From Eledone cirrhosa (taxonomy: Eukaryota): DNA of 64,000 bases. Positions within the stretch are counted from its first letter, which is position 1, and each line of letters starts with the position of its first letter. Location: NCBI GenBank assembly GCA_964016885.1, contig OZ024742.1:209746001-209810000 (forward strand). The letters are read 5' to 3'. The notes under the pieces are model-generated. The model had not been told where the DNA came from. It did no database searches and saw only the letters and a program-made list of their open reading frames with translations. The position numbers and the translations under genes are program-made. Shown piece by piece: positions 53,879 to 64,000 of the stretch.

Positions 53879-54363
53879 CCCAACTATCTCCTCTCCATTC
53901 GTCCAACCACAGCCTCTTTTTTTCACACATTTTTCTGATACTCTTTCCGTGCAAAACAAAACTTTAAACTCCAAGGTTTTGTTATTCACCAGAAGTAGGA
54001 TCCCTGACGCCAGCATCTTCATGACAACTATTTACTAAAGGGATATGTATCGTTTGATTGCAAATATTAAATAAAAATGGTTATTTTCAGCAGTGTGGTC
54101 GGTTAACGACGCATGATGTTCTATATTGGCTTCTGTTGAATAATGCATCAAGCCGCGCTGACATTGAAACGTTCCCTTCAGTATCGTCTTTATATTGATA
54201 GTCACACGCTAGCTTTTTCTTGTGAGCCAACCAAATGTCTAATGTAAAAAGCAGGCCTCTCCGTCACGTAACCATAGGTTTGTATATGTAAGTGCATATG
54301 TATATGTGTATATAAATAGAGATAGATAGGTAGAGGGATAGAGATAGATAGATAGATAGATAT

Positions 54364-54404
<41 letters not shown>

Positions 54405-54559
54405 GATTGGGGGTCGATGGAGAGAAAAGAGAGAAAACCTCTGACAACAGACGTTTATACACTCAACTAAGGCACATACGCGCACACACGTTTATCAGTG
54501 TGTGTACACACATACATATAAATATATGTACGTGTTTCGAGTTATGAGGAAGGGAAGTA

Positions 54560-54626
<67 letters not shown>

Positions 54627-54649
54627 TGTGTGTCTGTGCGTGTGTCTGT

Positions 54650-54900
54650 GTGGAGGCACGTGGTAAGGGTGTTGGACTTACGATCATAATGTCGTGGGTT
54701 CGATTCCTGGGTTGCGTGTTCTTGATCAAAACATTTTATTTCACGTTGCTCCAGTATACTCAGCTGAAAATGATTACCAGCAATAGCTGGGGGCTTAACC
54801 CTGCGATGGACTGGCGTCTTGTCCTAGGGGATTCTTGTACTCTCAGTCGCTTCACACCATGAAACCGGGATAAGCACCGGCCAAATGAGCCTTCTGGCTT
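54650..54900 (+). mobile_element. tRNA-derived SINE (family B, Meta- and V-domain-like)
   Basis: GGTTCGATTCC B-box, acattttatttcacgttgctcc, and ccctgcgatggactggcgtc. Confidence 0.75.
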
Positions 54901-54929
54901 AAGATAGATTTTAGACGTATATATGTATG

Positions 54930-54960
<31 letters not shown>

Positions 54961-55071
54961 ATATACATATATGAATTCATGAAATTAAAGATTTATTTTT
55001 AGCATGTATAAGTTCTTGTACATTTGCAATTCGCTTTTAGCATCAACAGGTTTTCTCACACCTATATATGT

Positions 55072-55256
55072 ATAATTGTTTCTACTTTAGGCACAAGTCC
55101 AGCAATTACCCAGTGCATTACTGGTACTTTATTTTATCGACCCCGTAAGGATGAAAGGCAAAGTCAACCACGGCAGGATTTGAACTCAGACCGTAAAGGG
55201 ACGTAACTATGCTGGAAAGCATGGAGTCCGACCCTCTACCGATACTGCCAATCCAC
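55072..55256 (-). mobile_element. tRNA-derived SINE (family A)
   Basis: Near-identical to 23515-23698. Confidence 0.85.
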
Positions 55257-58200
55257 ATAATGAAACTAGATAGCCTTTTCTATTTTGTAATTTACTATTT
55301 TCGTTATTTTCCATTTTAATTGTTTTTGGTGATGATTATTGTCAACGAAGGTAGTAAGACTGAGAATGGTGTGCGTAGTGGTAGTAATTGTGACAGTGGT
55401 AATGGTAGGTTTGATGGGGGTGGCATTGAAGAATATGTTGGTTATGGTGGCGTAGTGAAGGTGATACTAGGTATGGGTGATGCTGATATAAGTGCATTGC
55501 CTGTTTCTTGGGAATCAATTACAGGATCAAAAAGAAACTAATAACAATATTATGACAACAACTAATAATACATACGTATAAAAGTTCATTTCGCGTAGGA
55601 AAATTTTGATTTATGAAGAATATCATTTACAGCAATTTAGGAAATTCAATAGTAAATACTACTAATGAAAGGAAAAAAGAATTTAATTAGTAAATAGAAA
55701 TTTTCAAATGTTAAATAATGATTAATACTATAAATATTTTGAGCAAATTAGTCATTCCGTATCAAAGATACTGCTGCGGTTATTTTTGCTTATCACCAAG
55801 TTAATTCTGATTTAGCAAACGTTTGATAAAAACCATTCCATCAGTGACCATCCTCTTATTACAATTACATTATCTCATTTGTCCTTTTTTTCTTTTTATG
55901 ACGACAACATTTGGTTTCGAGGAGTTTGTCTTTGGTTTTAAGAAGGTTGCAAGATAACATCGAGTCTTCCTCGTTGCTTCGTACCGAGGTTTGCAAAATT
56001 AGCTGCAGTTGAAATCAAATATTTAATATGTTTACATTTTTATTAAAGTGTGAGTTAAGATGACACAATGATTCTGCAGTATTTGTTTCCATTTGAAACA
56101 ATTTTGTTTTCATGCAGAGTGTAGATTTATTTTCTAAAATTAAAATAAATCTACCTTTACTAGCTAAATTACTTAGGTTTTACATATACCGACGCTGTGG
56201 CGAATATTGCAACGTTTGATAACAATCTAATGGTGACAACACAACATCATTGAGGCAACTAGGGATAAACTCTAAAGTAAAGTGCTCGTTATTCCCAATT
56301 AAACTGTAGCGCTCTCTAGACAAAGGGAAGTAGCTAGAGTTACTTCCTGTAGAATTTCTAGAATATTCCTGGAACTTCTGTTCCAGAGATTATAAAAGAA
56401 AGAACAAAGGGCAATCTCCCTCTCTTGCAGCTTGATCTTGCTAAGGTAAACTCCAATTCTTCTTTAGCTCCGCAAGCACAAACAATATGTAACAACAAAA
56501 CATTACTACGGCCTGGCCAACGCCTCAGCCAGTCGACCGTACTTTCTCTTGCAATCTTAATTGCTTTATTTCCTTTCTTTTGGCATGCCAGCTTAATCCA
56601 CTTCTTAACCTTTGTTAATAAATTATGTAAAATCATGCTAAAGTAATGGTGATATATCTACTATATCTTATTGCTAAAATGGTGATATAGCTATTATTAT
56701 ATATCTGCTAAAAACTATACTCTCAATTCCGTCTTCATATTACTTTATAAATGAATTGTTTCAGTGAGACACTATAAGGCGAATTAAATGAACAGCAGAA
56801 AAATAATATACATGTTTTAGGACTTTCCTCTCATATATGTTCCTTGGCCTTCAACGTTTCGATCGCCAGAAGTCTTTCGATACACACCAATATTGTTCTA
56901 GAAAATTTAAGAATTAAACTTATTTCAACAAATGACATAATTTCTCTTTTAATCTACTAATATAATACCCAATGTGTATTTGTTCTTCACGCAAAGGAGG
57001 TAACTCATCTATGTATGAGTATATAAATATAAACACACACATATACATAAACATTATACAAAATAAGGATGACATACACACACATCTATGTGATGAGTGT
57101 GGAAGGAAGGGGGCAAAGTATAGAAAACAGCGATCAATGTGTGTGCATGTAATAATTATTTTCTCTAATGCGTTTGTTTTTATATATATATATGTATGTA
57201 TAATTATGTGTGTAATAATTAATTTTAACCTGCGTTCTTAGATTGGCTACACGTGTGTGAGTGTATGTGGGTGTGAGTGATTGTTTGAGTGAATGTATGT
57301 GTGTGTCTGAGTGTATGTGTGTCCGAGTATATGTGTGTCTGAGTGTATATGTGTATATGTTGTCCAAGGAGTCATGCCCCTAGCAATATCGGAATAAGCT
57401 AGAATTATCAAGAATATAAAACGACCGCAGCTGAAAGGTATATTACAAATACACATCTACCCTTAATTTAACAGTTCACACATGTGCCTAATATATTCAT
57501 ATTAAGAAATGTATGTAATACATTTTAAATAGGGATTTTTTACAACATCAACTATAAGTCACGGCCTGCTTTATGTGGTTTTAATTCGTACGAGTTTAGA
57601 TTGGTTTCAATAATGGAGAATGCAATTGAAAGGAAACGTCGTTTAGCGAGAGAAAGACAGACACTTTTTATATAGTTGATTCTACAATTAGCCGTCATTT
57701 AGTATATAATAATTCTTTCACGTGGAAAAATTGTACAATCAGTTAGATTGACTAAGTTATACATATGGAATCCAGAAGAGATTGACTCTATGAAACATTT
57801 AGTTCAATATTTTACCGTTTCTGCCAACCCACTGCCATTTATATTCGTTATAATGTTGATATCCTGTTAACTAAAATTGTGGCTGCTATTGTTCTTGTTT
57901 AGCCCCAAGTCAACTGTGATCGGTTATACTTATAATTTCCTAAAGCTTTATTATCCAAGGTGTCTTTTTCTAAGAAGCTTCGATATGATTTGAGGCAGAT
58001 TTGGCTGCCATTTCCAGTAAGCCTATCGAGTGCCTACTAAAGGCTCCGCTATTGACTGTATTTTGCATTGCAATTTGTAAAATCTCAATTTGTGAACCTA
58101 TAATGTATCACTACTAGTTAGTTGTGTCCGCAAGTCTTTTCGAACACACTATATATTTATTTTTACTTAAGCGATAAGGCTTTTTTCATCGATTTCAACA

Positions 58201-60318
58201 GTGTTCACTTAACACGTCATATAAGATCAATATAATATAATTCATCTTCTTTAAACGCTTATTCTCCCTCAATGAAAACATCTCCTCATTAAGCTGTCTC
58301 CGGCTATTTGACAGCAGAATCTAAATGAATCGTAATACTGATGCTCTGTCTCTTAAATTTCTCTACAATAGCAAAGTTGGAACCGCGGAAGCAACAAATC
58401 GTTCGAATGTCGAAATTTTAATAAGCTTCCATCCTTCTACTTGAAATAGTAGCTTTGTCCAGCAAAGTAACAGAAGCCATTTCCTGACCACCTTCCGTGC
58501 TTTCTGGATGCCAGCTCTCATTAATCCAACCGATATAATATTCTCCTCCTTCGCCCAACACAATAATCTTTAACAACACGTTAAAATTTATATGATTCTG
58601 GCAGATTACTAGCGTCTGTCTATTCCTGCCAAACATCAGAATCCACCCCGAACAAGAGCTGCAACAATTTCAAAATCGATATGTCAGCATGAACTTCATG
58701 GCAAGTAGACTTGTTGAAATCAGGTTGGCAAGCAGCAAAGGGTTTTCATTATTTACTCTGGCTATACAAAAATAACAAAAACAGCTGAAGTGACCTCTAC
58801 ACTTTGACCAAATCAATATAGGTTCATTATTAAAGATTACCGATGCATGCTTTCCTCTTTCATAAAATATTAAGAGAATATGTAATACCTCAAAACCATA
58901 AAAAATCCATAAAGTCTCAAATTCATAAGTAAAAGATGAACGAAATAGTAAATAGGATGTTGTGATATTCATTCGTTATTACACCTACGTCAATAATAAT
59001 CATGCATGTGAATATGTTTTGGAAACAATCATCATAAGCTCGATCCGGTGTGGATAGAACGAAGGGACGCCCCACAATTTTTATGCTCCGCAGAGGTAAG
59101 CTCTTCGTCTAGTTCATGACAAGCAGGGACACTTTTCCCAGTGGCAACCTGGTGGATTTGGTGACAGACCCAGGTTTCGTTTACTGAGATTTGCTGAAGA
59201 TCGCAAGTAGTTAAAGTATCGATCACTTTCCAATGGGTTTGTCGTTGACACTATAGCAAGTTTAACTCTTGGTGTTCTTGGTCTCCGAACCACCTTCTTC
59301 TTCTCTGCGGTGTTGGCCACATGCAAGACTCAGTTTCACAAATTGGGATAACTATTTCAACGCACCTCCCTCGTTATCCCCCAGGGTAATGCTTTCTCTA
59401 TTCTATCCACTGAGACCATACTCCAGCTTGTATCTGGTGTATTGCACGACAGGGAGCTTATCCCACATTGTCTAGGCCTACCTATATCATTGAGGTAACG
59501 ATGGTATAAGATGCCTTCTGATTTTATTGCCTGCTAAGAATGTATATACACATACATAAACATAAACACACATTATCACAACCAATCTTGATTTGGTTTA
59601 TCATTCTTCATTGTTTTCTTTTCAATCTCATCTCTGTCACTTTTTCTCTGTCACTGTCTCTCTAGCCCTTTCTCATCTATCTATTTATCTATCTATCGCT
59701 CATTCTCTTCTTCTAAAATATGCCCTGTGTTCTCCTAACATATACATATATTACCTACATGTTCCTTACACTTTTTCCTCTCTCTTACGTTTAAGGTTCA
59801 ATTCATTTATATTTATTTACCTTTTCTTTCGCCATTAAAGTCCCTATTATAATTAAAATAACATTAGCTCTTTCTGTATACCTGCCACTCTGCTTTCTAG
59901 TGTCTGCTTGTCGGTGTGTCTATCTGTCACTATGTCTGTCTATCTCTTTGCCTGTCTGTTAAAGTGAAATACACACTAAGATGAAATGAACACTACCACC
60001 TACAAACATCTCCAAACAGTAACCAGTCATCAAAGTTTCTTATACAAAATATGCTAAATAGTAAGCTTCAATATGGCTCCCGAGAGAAATCGACTTCCTG
60101 CAACCATAAAAAATGATTATCTTTTCTATGAGAATAATTTCAAGAGAGAACTTCAATTTCACATAAAATATACAGCAGTTAAATGTGAAATATAGCATAA
60201 TACCAGCATCAATAAACTACCATCAGGTGGCGTTGTGGAAAATCCCATTTCGTGATTAGATTATATATTCAAATTTCGCTTTACTCTCTTTCAATGACAT
60301 TTTATCTTCCAATATATT

Positions 60319-60349
<31 letters not shown>

Positions 60350-61098
60350 TACGTGTGCGTGTGTGTGTATGTGTGTGTGTGTGAGTGTGTGTGCCTGTGT
60401 GTGTGTGTGTGTGTGTGTATGGGTGTGTGCGCGTGTATCCGTGTGTGTTTGTGCGTGTGTGTGTGTCTGGAGAGAGAGAGATATATGTTTCTTTCTCTCC
60501 AGAACGAATACAACAAAGCATTCTAGCCGGCGTTCTAACGACTGTCAACTCACCGCATACGTAAGTGTGCGTGTGTGTATGTATTATTGTATGTATATAA
60601 CAACTATATATGTATATATATTGGTTCAAGTACATATACACAACTATATCTACACAAGTAGAGTACATGTACATAGCTAGAGTACGTATGCATGTTGCAT
60701 ACATACATATGTGGATGAATGTGTTTGTATGCTTTTCTCAAAGGAACATGTTTAACATGTTTAACACATATTCACTGTATCACTACACAAATGGCTCGTG
60801 GGTATAAGAAACAATCTTTTCAGCTATTGACTAGATTATTCCAGTACTTCCATCGTCGTACCTATGTGTGTGCATATATACATATATGTATATATGCATG
60901 TATACATGTATGTGGTATGTGTATGTATGTATATACATACATACGCTCACACATACCACATACATGTATAGATATATACCATGGTTATATGTATATATGT
61001 ATGTATGTGTACTTCTGGTTTTATAATTTCACAAATTTTTTCCCAATAGAGAGAGAGAGTCGGTTTCTAACATAGACACAAGACTCTCTCATTGCAAT

Positions 61099-62721
61099 TT
61101 ACACATCAACTAGGTAGATTATGTATGCATGTCTGCATGTGTAGATATAGATGTTATTGTATGTGTGGGTGTGGATGTTTTGAGTTGTATGTGTGCATGT
61201 GTATATGCTTTGTATCTGTACATGTGTATATGCAGTTATTAGATACAAACATTTTTGGAATGTTTTACATATTTTTACTGTTCCATTAATGGATTGTACT
61301 TGTAATTTCCTAACTAGTTGTGTTCTTTCTGTGAAGCCTAGCTTCTCAAGATTTGTATTGAGGCAGTTACTAACATACCCCAGTGCCCCAATAATCACAG
61401 GCATAAATCTGAAGGTGTAATCAGGGTGGAGTATCTGCAGATTTCTCATCAGTTCTGCATAAATATTCTCCTTTTCGCTAATCTTTGATATTATATTGGC
61501 ATCTGCTGGGCAGCTAATTTCCATTACTGTGCATGCTTTCTTCTCCCTGTCCGATATCATAATATCTGGTCTGTTATGCCTGCATTTTATTGGGGTTTTT
61601 ACTGGAACATTCCACCAGTACTCTTTCATATTATGTACATGGATGTCTTCCACATTGCTGTAGCTTTTAATGTGTTTATTATTGGGGCTATCTTTTTTAC
61701 GAACTGCATTGTACAGGGTTTCGGCCACTACATCATGCCTCATAGGTAGATAGTACCGCGATGACATCTTTGGACAGCTGCTGATGACATGGGTGATATC
61801 CTCGATATCATTGAGGGTGATCAGCTTATATTGAAGAGTTCTGGTTCTACTGTTACCAAACATCGTCTCTATTTTATTTTTCACTCTTTGTTGGTGAGGG
61901 GTGAGGTTTTTTTGTGTTTGTTTGCATGTAAGGAGCATGGTCACATATCCTATGGTTTTTCGTAGGGCAGCAATCTTTTTTTCTATTTTAGTTATATATG
62001 ATGGTATTTTTGGTGGTGTTCTGTTCTTGTTAATATCTCTGCTATCACCAAGATAATGCTTCACTGTCGTTGCTAAGGCATATAAACAGGCGTTGATTTG
62101 CCAAAATGTTGGGGTTTTTATCCGTCGTAAATATTCATTCCCTATTTCGTCAATAACGCGTAATATTTCATTATTTGTTTTTTTATTAAACATTGTCGTT
62201 TTAACACGTTCAGCAAAAGAGATATTTATACATGAATTAATTTCTCTCTGGAAGATTTCGTTGAGGGAAATTTTCAATTGTTTAAACTTTTGATTATCAT
62301 TATCGATAGTATTTTCCACAACAGTCGAAGTAGACTCGGATGGTACACGTGGTGTCAAATTTCTTCGATTATTATTATTTCTTTGATTATTATTATTATC
62401 GATAGTGTTTTCCCCAGTATTCGAGGTAGACTTAGATGGTACAGGTGGTGTCAAGTTTCTTACAGGCATAGTTGTTTCAAGGCACTGTTCAACCTGGCTG
62501 CTAGGAAGTCTAGTAGCATGGCGACCTGTAGCACGTGTTGTTGATCCCATGTTTGTTGTGGGGGACTTACAATTAATACTATTTATCTTATTTTTACGTT
62601 CAACAAACGTCGCTTGTTGGCGTAATTGTGTCGCTGTGAAATAATTTAGCTCTGGGAGCATTTTGTCCCAGTGTAGCTTCATTCTACTCATATAGCCAAT
62701 GGAGGGATTGTTTTTTGACAT
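61099..62721 (-). pseudogene. R4/Dong-like LINE deletion derivative: N-terminal domain fused in frame to the RLE endonuclease, RT missing
   Basis: GYMSRMKLHW...QLRQQA N-terminus, then directly EDITHVISSCP...RHD...HNRPDIMISD...EISCP...IIGALG. The last ~45 aa read into microsatellite. Confidence 0.85.
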
Positions 62722-63013
62722 TTTATAACAATTAAATAAATCATTATTAAATTCTCAGACATGGGTCTGTTAATTTCATGAATAGGCCGTTCCGTTGTTC
62801 GAAAAACTGAAACACTCATCAGAGCCGTCGAAGATCCATCACTACCGAATGTATGTATGTGTGCGCTCCCGTATGTGTTTACATCTGTTTCACTGGTGCT
62901 TTGAGAGAGCAACACCAAATATCAGACCGGAGCATATCAATGAATCGAAGCAACACAAGTAAGCTTTAGTTCCGTTTATGTTTTTTTCTGTGGGGTTTTC
63001 TGTTCAATTTCTA

Positions 63014-63074
63014 GCTGTCTGATGATGTCATAACTGTTGTATAACGGTTATCATCGAAATATATATATAACAGC
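63014..63074 (+). ncRNA. Type I hammerhead ribozyme with an (AT)n palindromic stem III
   Basis: GCTGT-CTGATGA-tgtc ATAACTGTT gtat AACGGTTAT catc-GAAA-TATATATA-TA^-ACAGC. Confidence 0.7.
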
Positions 63075-63748
63075 GATGATGAAAAAAGGAATTATAACCT
63101 GTTGATTTGTACTTCATATTTATAGATATTCTCCGGAGGAAACAGACCCCTTGTGTATTTCTTCGAGTGCTCTACTCTGCATACGAAGTGCCGGTGATAA
63201 ACTAACACATACGTTAATTTATATATATATGTGTGTGTGTATATACACATACATACATGTATATATCGTTTATATCTAGCTACTGTTACCTACCACCTAG
63301 AATTTGTGTTCCAGTATTTGGTTAATGTCCATCTATTCCATGGACATCTCTGTTATTTTCCCACTGAGCTTGTCTTGAATTCACCGAACACATCTTCTAA
63401 ACAAGTGGCATTTCATAATGACCTTTTCTCGGCCGAATAAACAATGAAATCATGGAATTTTGTCAAGTAAACTAGGTGCGTCGATTTCTTCACTTTTATT
63501 TTATTTCCTTTTCATGCTTCAATTTCTATGGGTGTTTGTGTTTGTTTTGTTTTTTTTTTCGGTATTATTCGATTTTTGTTTGATTCTTAAAGATATTTTC
63601 AATATTTTCTCTAAGTTCATTGACACATTTTTAAATATCGATTTCTTGCAAAAATCATTATTTACTTACAACTTCTGAACTTCCCTATCATCCAATCTGT
63701 CTGTCAACCTCAATGTCGTGTTCTCAGTCTATCTCTCTATCTATCCCT

Positions 63749-63860
63749 CCATACTGGAATGAAAGACGCCCCTGTGAACTATGTTTGGCGGAGGTAATTG
63801 AAATAGTGACCGGAAAGGGTCTTCTAAATTCCCGGCACAAGGTTCTAAAAACCTTCGCTT
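63749..63860 (+). pseudogene. Penelope-like (Naiad-type) GIY-YIG C-terminal fragment
   Basis: PYWNERRPCELCLAEVIEIVTGKGLLNSR, homologous to 37440-37497 and 29060-29170. Confidence 0.6.
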
Positions 63861-64000
63861 AATACAAACTGGACAAGAACAAGATTCAATCCCTAATACC
63901 TAGATTTTATTACATCCTATTTAGTACATTTCCTGTGGCATTTCAACGTTTCATACCCAATGGATTCAGTAATATTCAAAACAATCCCATTTTCTTAATT

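Noticed and set aside
55300-59000. Possible host exons (for example ORFs 56358-56636 and 58363-58972)
   Set aside because: No recognisable domains or coherent splice structure. This needs RNA-seq or homology searches.
59030-59520. Possible decayed RTE 5' UTR/endonuclease start on the minus strand
   Set aside because: Only faint similarity, too weak to annotate.

Overview
This is AT-rich eukaryotic (animal) non-coding DNA, dense in (TA)n, (CA)n and (TG)n microsatellites. The SINE families and repeat landscape resemble a cephalopod (octopus-like) genome, which is an inference. No host gene is supported. Two non-LTR retrotransposons are essentially intact: an R4/Dong-like RT-RLE ORF (42604-45996, -) and a Tx1/L1-like ORF1+ORF2 (47572-53168, +). 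The window also holds decayed RTE, Vingi, CRE and R4 LINE fragments, three non-autonomous Helitrons, tRNA-derived SINEs and fragments of Naiad-type Penelope-like elements (RT, GIY-YIG). The main discovery is a family of small non-coding elements carrying type I hammerhead ribozymes (HHRs). The clearest is a near-perfect array of a 310-bp unit (about 6 copies one way, 2.4 inverted; 8 HHRs). A 533-bp unit has an inverted arm that reads across its own head-tail junction, and its paralog shows compensatory HHR stem changes. Most of these elements are inserted back-to-back with both 3' ends fused to (TA)n, the same architecture as the GIY-YIG-coding Penelope copy at 27.9-29.9 kb. This points to retrozyme-like circular RNAs copied by rolling-circle reverse transcription and mobilised by Naiad-type Penelope elements. 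Coordinates were read by eye, and element ends are approximate.
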